Assembly: GCA_018302765.1 (NCBI GenBank) | Contig: JAGVZG010000003.1 | Coordinates: 35,969 to 99,968 of the forward strand | Direction: 5' to 3' | Length of the DNA: 64,000 bases | DNA from: Candidatus Woesearchaeota archaeon | GTDB taxonomy: Archaea > Nanobdellota > Nanobdellia > SCGC-AAA011-G17 > GW2011-AR18 | Shown: one piece after another, positions 8,596-19,042 of the stretch | Position numbering within the stretch: position 1 is the first letter of the stretch | Layout of the letters: each line of letters starts with the position of its first letter | Program-made: the position numbers and the translations under genes | Notes under the pieces: generated by a model | Databases searched by the model: none | Seen by the model: only the letters and a program-made list of their open reading frames with translations | Told to the model about the DNA's origin: nothing

Positions 8596-9841
8596 TTTTA
8601 ACAAAAGTATAAATTAGCATAAATATAAATGTTAGTACTATCAAAATAAGCAAAACAAATATCACCTGTAATAAACTGCTATGGTAAAAAACTAAAAGTA
8701 AAAATTCTAGTAATATTAATAATACCAAACCATAAACAAAATTTATTCTATTAACAGAAAGATTGTAGAAAGCAAGTAAATAAACATAAGAAAATATGCT
8801 CATCAAAAATGCAAAAATAGCTATGTATTTCGTAATAACAAGATAGCTTTTACCAAATAACACTAACACTACAAGTTTAGGGAATAATAAATAAACTAAA
8901 ATAATTCCTCCGCATAAAATAGAGACTAAAAATAAAGCTTTCTTCAATAAATGTAAGTTTTCCTTACCTAAAGCATGCATCTCAGCTACCTTGGGAAACA
9001 ATACAGAAACAATGGCAAATGAAACAAAAAATGCAATTCTTCCCAACAAAGCTGCTGCAGCATAATAGCCTGCAGTAACGTCATCAAAATAATACTTAAC
9101 TAGCATGACGTCTAAACTATAAAACAAAGTCAAAGACAGCAAAACAATAAAAACAGGCCAGGAATATTTATAAACAATTTTTGTATTTAATTTTTTATTA
9201 TATTTCTTAAAATAATTCCTTATTAGAAAAAAGCCAACTAAGAGTGAAATAATATAAGAACTAAATATTCCTAATGTTGCACCAAATACACCAAGTCCTA
9301 AAAATACAAGTATCAAACCAAAGCAAAATTTAACTATAGCTTCTATAATAAAATTATTGCCTAAACTTCTAAAGCTTTGCAGGCCCTGCAAAACCCCACG
9401 TACTACTGGCAACAAAAAAAGAGCCGGGATTGATATAGCAACAATAAATAAAACATTGATTGGAATCTTAAGATATTTGGATAAAAACAAGTAAGACAAA
9501 AAAACTAATACAGTAAAGGCACAAATACTTATCAAAAGTAATTTTCTGCTAGCTCTAACAAATAAATTACTTATGCTTTTATTATCTCCTTTTGCCTTAA
9601 ACATTGCCACAAATTTAGATATAGAAGTTTGTATAACATTAAAAGGAACTAACAAAATGTAAAATAATGATAGCACAACCCCTAAAATACCATAATCAGC
9701 AGGGCCTAAAACCCTTCCCATAACAAAATGATAAAGAAAACCAGCTAAATTCATAATCATTGTAGCTATAAAAAGAATAAAACTATCTCTAATCAAACTA
9801 TCTTCCTTAGTGTATTTAAAAAGTTTCCTTAGATAAGCCAT
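8561..9841 (-). CDS. Oligosaccharide flippase (Wzx-like)
   Basis: About 12 TM; RVLGPADYG, RGVLQG, LDVMLVKYYF, GYYAAA. Confidence 0.85.
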   Translation of the reverse strand: MAYLRKLFKYTKEDSLIRDSFILFIATMIMNLAGFLYHFVMGRVLGPADYGILGVVLSLFYILLVPFNVIQTSISKFVAMFKAKGDNKSISNLFVRASRKLLLISICAFTVLVFLSYLFLSKYLKIPINVLFIVAISIPALFLLPVVRGVLQGLQSFRSLGNNFIIEAIVKFCFGLILVFLGLGVFGATLGIFSSYIISLLVGFFLIRNYFKKYNKKLNTKIVYKYSWPVFIVLLSLTLFYSLDVMLVKYYFDDVTAGYYAAAALLGRIAFFVSFAIVSVLFPKVAEMHALGKENLHLLKKALFLVSILCGGIILVYLLFPKLVVLVLFGKSYLVITKYIAIFAFLMSIFSYVYLLAFYNLSVNRINFVYGLVLLILLEFLLLVFYHSSLLQVIFVLLILIVLTFIFMLIYTFVKNGKAVSDNTCL

Positions 9842-10833
9842 ATTAAACTACTAAAAAATAATTGAATTAATATCATAAAAAATACTATTTGTTTCTCTGT
9901 GAATTTCCCAGTTCTTGCAAAAACATGAGGAAAAGAATATATCTTATCATAATCTACTTTAACTTTGCCTTTGTAATAATAGCCATAACTCTGAGCCTTA
10001 AACCTGCTGCGTGCTTTAAGAACAAATTCGATAAAAAAAGGAATGGCACTAATAATTGCTGCTTTTTCTATATTCCCGACTATAGCAATAATAGCAATAG
10101 TTGCTCCTAATAAATAAGTCAATGAATCACCTGGAAGTATCTTGGCAGGACATTTATTATAAACATAAAAAGCAATTAAGGAAAAAAAAGCAACTAAAGC
10201 TATCAATGCTGCTATATATCTATTAAAATGATAAGCATATATTCCCAACATCCCAATATAAACTATAGCCATGCCAGTGCCAAGACCATTATAACCCTCC
10301 AACATATTTACCATGTTAGAAGCACCAACAACACCTATTGGAATAATAAATAAAGGATAAAATATCCCTATATCAACAACACTGAAAATAGGCAACCACA
10401 TCTCTGTATTTCCTGCATTAACAACCATTAAAGGGACAGCAGCAGTAAGAGTCAATAATGGCTTCTCCCACTGCTTCAAGCCTATTGAATAATCTTTAGA
10501 ACTTTTAATTACTAGATCATCTAAAAAACCAACTAGTGTTATTATAAACAAACTAACCATGCTAGCAAACAACAGCATTAGATTTCTATCAGTAGCCACA
10601 AGCCCAACTTTTCCCGTAACAAAAAAAGTTCTATAAAAAATAAACAGTAATAAACCAGAGAACACCCCAACAAGTACTGCAAGACCACCAGATATAGGAA
10701 CTAGTGGCTTGTCTTTTTTATTTTGATCTTTAACAACCAAACCTATTTTTACAAGATATTTTATTAACCAAGGTGTAATAAAATAAACTACAAGAAAACT
10801 TACAATGCCATAAGAAAAAATTGAATAATTCAT
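9829..10833 (-). CDS. MraY/AglH-type polyprenyl-phosphate HexNAc-1-phosphate transferase
   Basis: GGLAV, VGFLDD, NMVNMLEGYNG, ILPGDS. Confidence 0.85.
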   Translation of the reverse strand: MNYSIFSYGIVSFLVVYFITPWLIKYLVKIGLVVKDQNKKDKPLVPISGGLAVLVGVFSGLLLFIFYRTFFVTGKVGLVATDRNLMLLFASMVSLFIITLVGFLDDLVIKSSKDYSIGLKQWEKPLLTLTAAVPLMVVNAGNTEMWLPIFSVVDIGIFYPLFIIPIGVVGASNMVNMLEGYNGLGTGMAIVYIGMLGIYAYHFNRYIAALIALVAFFSLIAFYVYNKCPAKILPGDSLTYLLGATIAIIAIVGNIEKAAIISAIPFFIEFVLKARSRFKAQSYGYYYKGKVKVDYDKIYSFPHVFARTGKFTEKQIVFFMILIQLFFSSLIWLI

Positions 10834-10900
10834 TAAAGTATTTGAAAAATTGTCATATTAAAAACTTTGTGAATTTGTTATTATCTAAGCAAACAAAAAA

Positions 10901-12460
10901 TCAAAATTTAATGACTTCAACTTGCCCGAATTTTTTAGTATTGTTTGAGAAAGAATTAATAAAATCATTTTCCTCCTTGCTTAATTTTCTTGGAAAATCT
11001 CTGCTAACTCTGTCAAGTATTAAATAACCACTTGTATTATTGAGTTCAAAAATGTCTTTTACAAGAATATAATTAGGTCTTGTAACCCTGTAATCAAATA
11101 AACTTTTATAATCAACTATCCTCGAAGCTTCAAAAACATTAGGATTATTTGTCCCAGAATCACTTAATATATAATCAACAGACTGAAGTTTAAACTTATA
11201 AGGTATACCATAAGTTGCACCTGTTCCACCAATTTCTGAAATAGAAAAATAAAAACTAATTACAAAAAATAATTGCAAGATTACAAAAATAGCTAAAATC
11301 ACAGCCAATGCTAATCTAAAAACCTCTCTAATTCTATCCAATACAAAAATCAACCCTAAAGAAGATATAATAAAAATAACAGGAAATAAAACTATAAGAT
11401 TATGAGGCATAACGCTCTTATTTCTAATAATCATAAGAACTATAGGAACTAAAAACCATAAAGCTAACGTTAAATACCTAAAATCAAGATTTTTATATTT
11501 TTTATCATAGATATAATACTTAAAGAAATAAATAAAAAGCACTATAAATAAAATGGAAAATATAAAAGGTAAATAACTATAAATAAAATCAAAAAAACCA
11601 TTAAAAACCTTAAAGTCTCCAGTAAGATAACTTCCAAAATAACCGCTGGAAAATATAAAAGGCATTGCTATAGCATCTCTAAAATTAATTAAAACAGAAC
11701 TATCCCTTAAGGCACTTTTTGTATAATGGAGTACTGTAAATCCTTCATTTAACGGACTAGACCCAATAACATAACTATTTATAATAAAAGGAACAAAAGT
11801 TAAAATAAAAACCAAAAGACTAATACAAACCATTCTATAATCAAAACTAAATTTCAACTTAAGATAAAATAAAAATAAAGCAAGAAATACAACAAAATAT
11901 AATTGCAAACCAGCAGGATATGGGTGGGTAATAAAACCCAAAAATAAAGCCATAGGAACAAGCCATATCTGCTTCTTTTCCACAAGAACCTTAAATAAAG
12001 AAAAAAAGATAGGTATAATTAAAATAGGTAAATAATTAGGAGCCCAAGGATAATTTGAGTAAAGAATAACATGCCAAGGATTAATAGCATAAAGCAAAGA
12101 AGCCAAGACTGCAGCACGATTGGAGAAAAACCTATTGACAAAAATATAAGTAAATAAAACAGCAAGGCTATTTAATAGAGCCATGAACAAACCAGCAAAT
12201 ATATAATTTTTTGTAATTGTTCTAACCAAAGACAATAAATAAAAATGAAAAGGTCCAAAAGTTTGCTGTGTCCTGAATTCACCTTGTGTAGGTACCATTC
12301 CGCCTAAATAAAAATCTCCACTAGATATTTTATCAGCGTAATCCATTTGCTGAACAATATCTCCATCAAATAAAGTAAAATCCAAAAAACTAATTCGTAA
12401 AATAAAAGCAAGAAGAAATATTGCCAATGGGATTAAGAATTTTTTATGCTTTAATAACAT
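10901..12460 (-). CDS. GT-C fold (ArnT/PMT-like) glycosyltransferase
   Basis: N-terminal TM then acidic loop (FDGD), many TMs, soluble C-terminus; paralog of 21923-23389. Confidence 0.7.
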   Translation of the reverse strand: MLLKHKKFLIPLAIFLLAFILRISFLDFTLFDGDIVQQMDYADKISSGDFYLGGMVPTQGEFRTQQTFGPFHFYLLSLVRTITKNYIFAGLFMALLNSLAVLFTYIFVNRFFSNRAAVLASLLYAINPWHVILYSNYPWAPNYLPILIIPIFFSLFKVLVEKKQIWLVPMALFLGFITHPYPAGLQLYFVVFLALFLFYLKLKFSFDYRMVCISLLVFILTFVPFIINSYVIGSSPLNEGFTVLHYTKSALRDSSVLINFRDAIAMPFIFSSGYFGSYLTGDFKVFNGFFDFIYSYLPFIFSILFIVLFIYFFKYYIYDKKYKNLDFRYLTLALWFLVPIVLMIIRNKSVMPHNLIVLFPVIFIISSLGLIFVLDRIREVFRLALAVILAIFVILQLFFVISFYFSISEIGGTGATYGIPYKFKLQSVDYILSDSGTNNPNVFEASRIVDYKSLFDYRVTRPNYILVKDIFELNNTSGYLILDRVSRDFPRKLSKEENDFINSFSNNTKKFGQVEVIKF

Positions 12461-12578
12461 AAAAATAAAAATGCAAAAATATTTATAAATTATACTATTA
12501 AATTAACTATAACGACATACGTTATTCTAATCGATTAGGGTTCATAAATTTTATAAAGACCCATAAAAGCAAAACAAG

Positions 12579-13772
12579 ATGGATAAACTGGGGATAAATG
12601 GTGGAAGACCAGTTAGAGATAATTTTCTAGTCTTTGGAAAACCACATATTACTGAAAAAGACATAGAAGAAGTAGTAGACACTCTAAAAACAGGATGGAT
12701 TGGTTTTGGACCAAAATCAATAAAATTTGAAAATCTGTTCAAAGAATACATAGGAACAAAAAATGCTGTTAGTGTAAGCTCATGTACTGCTGCATTAGAC
12801 CTATCGCTAAAATTATACGGAATAAAAGAAGGAGATGAAGTTATAACAACGCCATTGACTTTTGCATCAACAGCAAATGTAATAGTACACAACAAAGCTA
12901 CACCTATATTCGTAGATGTAATAAAAGAAACACAGAATATCGATCCTAGAAAAATAGAAGAAGCAATAACTCCAAAGACAAAAGCAGTTATACCAGTACA
13001 TCTAGCTGGGAGACCATGTGATATTAAACAGATAGTAGAAATATGCGAAAAACATGGTTTAAAAATAATATGGGATTGTGCACACGCAATAGAAGCTGAA
13101 TACAGTGGGAAAAAAGTAGGTAGTTATGAAAACATATGTGCATTTAGTTTCTATCCTACTAAAAACATAACTACATGTGAAGGTGGAATGATAACTACAA
13201 ATGATGATGAAATAGCTAGGAAAGCAGAAGTATATAGATTACAAGGAATGAGTAGAGACGCATGGAAAAGATATAGTGAAGAAGGATTCAAACCTTATGA
13301 TGTAATAATGCCTGGTTTTAAATATAATATTACAGACTTACAAGCCGCACTGGGAATTAATCAGTTAATAGAAATAGAAGAGAAATGGAAAGTAAGAGAC
13401 AAAATATTCAAGAAATATAATGAAGAATTCTCAAAATTAGATTCTGTAATGACACCAGTAGAAGTCGAAGAGAAAAATAAACATGCTAGGCATCTTTACA
13501 CACTACTATTAAAAATTGAAAATCTAAGTGCTACAAGAAATGAAATATGTGCAGCCCTACAAGCAGAAAACATAGGATCAGGAATACATTTCATAGGACT
13601 AAATCTGACAAAATACTACAAAGAAAACCACAAATTCAAAAATTTGCCAAATGCAGGATATATATCTGAAAGAACATTATCACTTCCTCTGGCCTCAAAC
13701 TTAACTGAGAAAGATACAGATGATGTAATAGAAGCTGTAAAAAAAGTCATTAAACACTATGAAAGAAAATAA
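12579..13772 (+). CDS. DegT/DnrJ/ArnB family PLP-dependent sugar aminotransferase
   Basis: GDEVITTPLTFAST, PVHLAG, DCAHA, FSFYPTKNITTCEGG. Confidence 0.92.
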   Translation: MDKLGINGGRPVRDNFLVFGKPHITEKDIEEVVDTLKTGWIGFGPKSIKFENLFKEYIGTKNAVSVSSCTAALDLSLKLYGIKEGDEVITTPLTFASTANVIVHNKATPIFVDVIKETQNIDPRKIEEAITPKTKAVIPVHLAGRPCDIKQIVEICEKHGLKIIWDCAHAIEAEYSGKKVGSYENICAFSFYPTKNITTCEGGMITTNDDEIARKAEVYRLQGMSRDAWKRYSEEGFKPYDVIMPGFKYNITDLQAALGINQLIEIEEKWKVRDKIFKKYNEEFSKLDSVMTPVEVEEKNKHARHLYTLLLKIENLSATRNEICAALQAENIGSGIHFIGLNLTKYYKENHKFKNLPNAGYISERTLSLPLASNLTEKDTDDVIEAVKKVIKHYERK

Positions 13773-14487
13773 TATTGAACTAAGCCTAGTTATTGCCTGC
13801 TACAATGAAGAAGAAATAATAGAAGAAACACTGCCAAGATTAAAAAATTTCTTAGATTTAACCAACATTAAATACGAACTAATAATAATAGATGATAAAA
13901 GCAAAGATAGAACTGTAGACTTAGTAAACAAGATTATAAAAGACCATAAAAACACTAAATTTGTAGTACATAAAAATAATACAGGAAGAGGTGGTGTAAT
14001 AAAAGAAGGAATAAACCTAGCAAGTGGCAAATATGTAGGTTTCATAGATATAGACTTAGAAGTTCCAGAGCATTATATATTCCCAGCTATTATTTTATTA
14101 AGAAAAAAAAATGATGTAGTAATAGCAAGAAGATTTTATAAAATTAAACCATCAGCTTTACTAAGATGGTTTACAGGAACAGGTTATGTAGCCTTAATGA
14201 GAAATATAATAAAACTAAAGTTTACAGATACAGAAGCAGGCTTCAAATTCTTTAATAGAGAAAAAATATTGCCTGTATTAAAACTAACTGAAAATAACCA
14301 TTGGTTTTGGGACACAGAAATAGTAGCTATGAGTTACTTTAATAAACTAAAAATAGCAGAGTTGCCTGTTGTATTTATAAGAAGAGAGGATAAAACTTCA
14401 ACAGTTAAATTATTTAGTGATACTTATAAATATTTTATTAGTTTGATGAAATTCAGAAAAAGATTAAAAAAATTGGGTTATATATGA
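13759..14487 (+). CDS. GT2 glycosyltransferase (ArnC/DPM-like)
   Basis: VIACYNE, IDDKSKD, DIDLE, DTEAGFK, WFWDTE. Confidence 0.88.
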   Translation: MKENNIELSLVIACYNEEEIIEETLPRLKNFLDLTNIKYELIIIDDKSKDRTVDLVNKIIKDHKNTKFVVHKNNTGRGGVIKEGINLASGKYVGFIDIDLEVPEHYIFPAIILLRKKNDVVIARRFYKIKPSALLRWFTGTGYVALMRNIIKLKFTDTEAGFKFFNREKILPVLKLTENNHWFWDTEIVAMSYFNKLKIAELPVVFIRREDKTSTVKLFSDTYKYFISLMKFRKRLKKLGYI

Positions 14488-15029
14488 AGGCTATAAAAGA
14501 ATTAGGTATAAAGAAAATTTTTAGATATGCATCTAATAAATTATTAATTATTATTTATAATGGTTTAATATTTCCGCCACTAAAAAAAACTTTTCTGAAG
14601 TTAATGGGAGCAAAGATTGGTAATAACGTTGTATTAGAAAATGTAAAATTCTTTAATTTATATAGAACAGGTATAAAAGGACTGAATATAGGGAATAATT
14701 GTTTCATAGGAGAAGAGTGTCTACTAGACATGGCAGGAAATATTACACTAGAAAAAAATGTAACATTGGGAGAACGTATTGTAGTATTAACTCACATGAA
14801 CGTTGGCTATAAAGACCACCCTTTGCAAAAATATTACCATTCTATAACTAAAGATGTAACACTAAGAGAAGGATGTTTTATAGGGACAAGTTCAACAATA
14901 CTAGCAGGGATTACAGTAGGAAAATGTTCTCTGGTTGCAGCAGGAAGTATAGTAATAAAAGATGTTAAGCCATATACTGTTGTAGGGGGCAACCCTGCAA
15001 AAGAGATAAAGAAAATCAAACCCTCATAA
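14484..15029 (+). CDS. Hexapeptide-repeat (LbH) acyltransferase
   Basis: IGNNCFIG, VGKCSLVAAGSIVIKDV, VGGNPAK. Confidence 0.9.
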   Translation: MKAIKELGIKKIFRYASNKLLIIIYNGLIFPPLKKTFLKLMGAKIGNNVVLENVKFFNLYRTGIKGLNIGNNCFIGEECLLDMAGNITLEKNVTLGERIVVLTHMNVGYKDHPLQKYYHSITKDVTLREGCFIGTSSTILAGITVGKCSLVAAGSIVIKDVKPYTVVGGNPAKEIKKIKPS

Positions 15030-16049
15030 TTTTAATTTACTATAATAATTATCATAATAATCTTTAAAGCTTCTATTTTTAAGTTTCTTCCACCAGTCAG
15101 GATTATTTTTATACCAAAGTATTGTTTCTACAATGCCTTCTTCAAAATTTATTTTAGGCGCCCAACCCAATTCATTTTTTATTTTTGACCACTCTAATGC
15201 ATATCTTCTATCATGGCCTGGCCTGTCCTGAACATACTGCTTAAGGGTTTCTGGCTTATTCAAAGTCTTCAATATTATAGCTGCTATTTCCTCAATACTT
15301 TTCTCTACGCCAGTACCAATGTTATAAGATTCCCCGACTTTGCCATGTTGCAAAATTAAATCAACAGCAGCACAATGATCTAATACATATACCCATTCTC
15401 TCTTATTTTGGCTGCTCTTAAACAAAGGCAAGGATTTATCTTCCAAAGCATTTGTTACAAACAAAGGAATTAATTTTTCTGGATACTGATAATGGCCATA
15501 ATTATTACCGCAATTACTTATAGTAATAGGCACTCCAAAGGTATGATAATAAACCCTAACAACATGATCTGCAGCTGCTTTTGAAGCATTATAAGGAGTT
15601 CTAGGTTTGTAAGGAGAACTTTCAGTAAAAATATTAGAATCATTTAAATCTAAATCACCAAAAACCTCACATGTAGAAATATGATGAAATCTTTTTATGC
15701 CGAATTTTTTGCAGACTTCTAAAAGATTTTGTGTTCCTAGCACATTAGTCTCAAGAAAAATCCTGGGATTTAATACTGCCCTGTCATTATGCGACTCAGC
15801 TGCAAAATTCACAACAATATCTGGTTTAAATTCCTGGAAAATGCTGGAAACTAATTCAAAATCTCCTATATCTCCTTGAATAAATTTATACCTATTAATA
15901 CCATTTATATCACTCAAATTATCTAAGTTACCGCAATAAGTTAAAGCATCAAGATTAATGATGAAAACATCATCATATTTATCAAGCATATATCTAATAA
16001 AATTACTGCCAATAAACCCACAGCCGCCAGTAACTAAAATAGTTCTCAT
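15024..16049 (-). CDS. rfbB: dTDP-glucose 4,6-dehydratase
   Basis: TGGCGFIGSN, DALTYCG, FAAESHND, PYNASKAA, NNYGHYQYPEKLIP, DRPGHDRRY. Confidence 0.93.
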   Translation of the reverse strand: MRTILVTGGCGFIGSNFIRYMLDKYDDVFIINLDALTYCGNLDNLSDINGINRYKFIQGDIGDFELVSSIFQEFKPDIVVNFAAESHNDRAVLNPRIFLETNVLGTQNLLEVCKKFGIKRFHHISTCEVFGDLDLNDSNIFTESSPYKPRTPYNASKAAADHVVRVYYHTFGVPITISNCGNNYGHYQYPEKLIPLFVTNALEDKSLPLFKSSQNKREWVYVLDHCAAVDLILQHGKVGESYNIGTGVEKSIEEIAAIILKTLNKPETLKQYVQDRPGHDRRYALEWSKIKNELGWAPKINFEEGIVETILWYKNNPDWWKKLKNRSFKDYYDNYYSKLKL

Positions 16050-17134
16050 AATTTCAACTCCGAATTCTCGCCTAAAACAAAAACACCGCCTTTAGGTACA
16101 GAATTTTTTCTTGATATTATTTTAGAATGTTTACCAATCAAACTATGAATAATTTTCTCACCGTTCTCAAGATCTACTGTTGTATTTCCTATAATAATAG
16201 AAGATTCAATTTCTCCGCCTTTTATTTTGCAGTTATCTCCTATTGAAGTGTAAGGTCCAATGTAAGTATTTGGTCCTACTTCACAATTATTACCTATAAC
16301 AACAGGCCCTTTTACATAGCAATTCTCATGAATAATTGTATTCTCACCAACGCCAACCTTACCAAGTACTTTAGAGTCAGCAGAAATATTGCCTTTAATT
16401 TCAGGAACTATATCCATAAGAACCATATAATTTGCATTCAAAATTGCTTCTGCTGTCCCAGCGTCGTCCCACCATCCTTGCACTTTGTGGCAAGTTACTA
16501 TTTTATCTGGATCATCAACTAGCAGCTTAATAGCATCTGTAATCTGTAGTTCTCCACCTTTGCCTGGCTTTATTCTCTTTATAGCATCAAAAATATCTGA
16601 AGTAAATATATAAATTCCAGTAATAACGTAATTGCTTTTTGGATTTTCTGGTTTTTCCTCAACATGCACTACATTGCCTAATTCATCAAATACAGCAACG
16701 CCAAACTTCTGTGGTTGATCATGTTTCGCTAATAATAAACTACAAATAGGTCTATCTTTTTTAAAGTTCTCAACAAAAGACTTAATACCTGATTTAATCA
16801 TATTATCTCCAAGATAAACAACAAAATCTTCACCACCCATAAAACCCTCAGCAATTCCAATTGCATGAGCCAGACCCCTAGGAGCATCCTGTTCTATATA
16901 AGTAACTTTAACTCCCCAATTACTACCATCACCAACAGAATTCACAATAGAAGCAATTCTATCTTTATCATAACCAACAATAATTCCTATTTCTTTTATG
17001 CCTGCATTAGCTAAATCTTCCACTACATAATGTATAACTGGTTTGTTTGCTATAGGAATTAATTGTTTAGCTCCAGTATGAGTTAAAGGTCTCAGTCTTG
17101 TAGCTAAACCTCCAGCCAAAATCAAACCTTTCAT
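16046..17134 (-). CDS. rfbA: Glucose-1-phosphate thymidylyltransferase, long form with C-terminal LbH
   Basis: LAGGLATRLRPLT, KQLIPIANKP, YIEQDAPRGLAHA, YLGDN, EEKP, GELQITDA, WDDAG. Confidence 0.9.
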   Translation of the reverse strand: MKGLILAGGLATRLRPLTHTGAKQLIPIANKPVIHYVVEDLANAGIKEIGIIVGYDKDRIASIVNSVGDGSNWGVKVTYIEQDAPRGLAHAIGIAEGFMGGEDFVVYLGDNMIKSGIKSFVENFKKDRPICSLLLAKHDQPQKFGVAVFDELGNVVHVEEKPENPKSNYVITGIYIFTSDIFDAIKRIKPGKGGELQITDAIKLLVDDPDKIVTCHKVQGWWDDAGTAEAILNANYMVLMDIVPEIKGNISADSKVLGKVGVGENTIIHENCYVKGPVVIGNNCEVGPNTYIGPYTSIGDNCKIKGGEIESSIIIGNTTVDLENGEKIIHSLIGKHSKIISRKNSVPKGGVFVLGENSELKL

Positions 17135-17222
17135 AAGAAAAAACACTAAAAAGGGCTTTTAAAATTTATGAATTTAAAAATCATTATACTGTAAAACAAC
17201 AGTTTTATAATAATAGAAAATA

Positions 17223-18197
17223 TTATGGCCTCAAATCTTCAAGATTTATTTTAGTACCTAATTCAAAATCAACAGGTACTACTTCATATCTTTTATTATT
17301 AAGAACATCCACTGCTACATTATAACTTGCAGAATTACATACTCTTAAATGTTGAAGTAAAACTGCTATAAAATCATCATTTATACCAAGTCTACCTGTG
17401 TGTGGATTTTCCCCAAATTGCATACCAAGACTATCTTTTGGTAATTTTTCTTTTTGCACATCTATTAAATCAAATAATGAAATAATAGAATCAGGAGTAT
17501 CCTCTACAAAATTTATTAAATCATCCAAGACAATACCTTCTGCTGAGCTTGATTTTTGACGAAGTCTAAGTAAATCAGAAGAACTATGAGACAATTGAGT
17601 AAAGAAATTTACTGGTAAATCAAATGAAAGATCATAACATTTTGAAGCCCCTAGCCATTTCATGGTAAATGAATCTTCTGGTATTCTCAGTTCCCTGCCT
17701 AAATAAAAACTAATAACGTCATATGGATCAGACCTATTTAATGGAGTAAATCCACCTTCTGTTTTACGCCCCCTAAAATGAACCCCATACCCTCCAGCGC
17801 AAGTATAAATTCCTGGACCATGTGGCAAATCTTTTTCTCTTCTTAAAGCAACTATCAAACCATCACTAGTCCTATTAATAGATTCTGTACAAAGAGCATT
17901 AAATCGTGAATCGATAAGTTTTCTATTAGCAAAGCCTGCTCTTGCATGACAGATATGTTCCACGTAATCAACATAGCCTGTTTCAAATTTAACTCTTCCT
18001 TGCTCTGGTGTTTCTATGGATAAAACATTAAACATTTGTCCTGAAGTAATTTTTGGATCTAAACCTGCACGTTCCCTAATTATTTCTTCTCTCAAACCCT
18101 TAGTATAATCAATACGAACAGAATTGTCATGAATGCATTCCACATTTTCCCTTTGAATATTACCTGTGTTTAAAAGATATATTCTAGATTTTACCAT
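17223..18197 (-). CDS. Hypothetical protein, possible divergent Nudix fold (NUDT22-like)
   Basis: Segment TSDGLIVALRR...GPGIYTCAGG resembles the region preceding the Nudix box; the canonical Glu-rich box is not evident. Confidence 0.4.
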   Translation of the reverse strand: MVKSRIYLLNTGNIQRENVECIHDNSVRIDYTKGLREEIIRERAGLDPKITSGQMFNVLSIETPEQGRVKFETGYVDYVEHICHARAGFANRKLIDSRFNALCTESINRTSDGLIVALRREKDLPHGPGIYTCAGGYGVHFRGRKTEGGFTPLNRSDPYDVISFYLGRELRIPEDSFTMKWLGASKCYDLSFDLPVNFFTQLSHSSSDLLRLRQKSSSAEGIVLDDLINFVEDTPDSIISLFDLIDVQKEKLPKDSLGMQFGENPHTGRLGINDDFIAVLLQHLRVCNSASYNVAVDVLNNKRYEVVPVDFELGTKINLEDLRP

Positions 18198-18328
18198 TTT
18201 AATTAAAATAATAAAAGAAAAATTTATATAGCTTCCTTTTTCCCTTTATCATTATTTAAAAATTCTTACTTCAATTACCTAGAAATATAATGAAAACATC
18301 AAAACCAGTACAAATAAAAACTCCAAAA

Positions 18329-19042
18329 TTAATCTAATCTTCTCAAAACAACAAGCTTAAACCATTGTTTTCCTAAGCCAAAAAGTGTCTTAATAATTCT
18401 TTTAGGTCTAAAAAATTGTGACTTACCATAAACTCTAGGATAATGATGCACAGGGACATTTTTTATAGTAAACCCAGCTGTCTGTATTTTTCTCATCATT
18501 TCAGTGCATATCAAACCTGTACTCTCAGTCAACTTAACTTTATCAAATACTTTTCTATGCATTAATCTAAAATCACAATCTACATCTTTAACCTTAAGAT
18601 TAAATAAAAATTTCACAGAATGCTGATATATTGAGCCTAATAATTTTCTATAAAAAGGATCATTCCTCTTCATTTTATAGCCATTAACCACATCATATTT
18701 ATTGATGTATGGCACCAACTTCACTAGTTCCTTAACGTCATATTGTGCATCTCCATCTGTGTAAAAAACTAAATCTTTTGTAGAATTATTAAATCCGCTT
18801 CTAAGAGCACCACCGTAACCTTTATTCTTTTCATGATGTATTACTTTAACATGTTTATCTTTCTTAGCTATAGAATCAGCAATTTGTCCTCCTCTATCAG
18901 GACTACAATCATCAACAATTATTATTTCATAGTTATTAGTTATTTTCGTCAACACTTCTGTTAGTCTGTTGTACATTAATTCTATTGTTCCTTCATCATT
19001 ATAAGAAGGAAAAAAAGTAGATATGCTTTGGTTTATTTTCAT
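18329..19042 (-). CDS. GT2 glycosyltransferase (ArnC/DPM-like)
   Basis: FFPSYND, VDDCSPD, NKGYGGAL, YTDGDAQY, DVDCDFR. Confidence 0.9.
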   Translation of the reverse strand: MKINQSISTFFPSYNDEGTIELMYNRLTEVLTKITNNYEIIIVDDCSPDRGGQIADSIAKKDKHVKVIHHEKNKGYGGALRSGFNNSTKDLVFYTDGDAQYDVKELVKLVPYINKYDVVNGYKMKRNDPFYRKLLGSIYQHSVKFLFNLKVKDVDCDFRLMHRKVFDKVKLTESTGLICTEMMRKIQTAGFTIKNVPVHHYPRVYGKSQFFRPKRIIKTLFGLGKQWFKLVVLRRLD

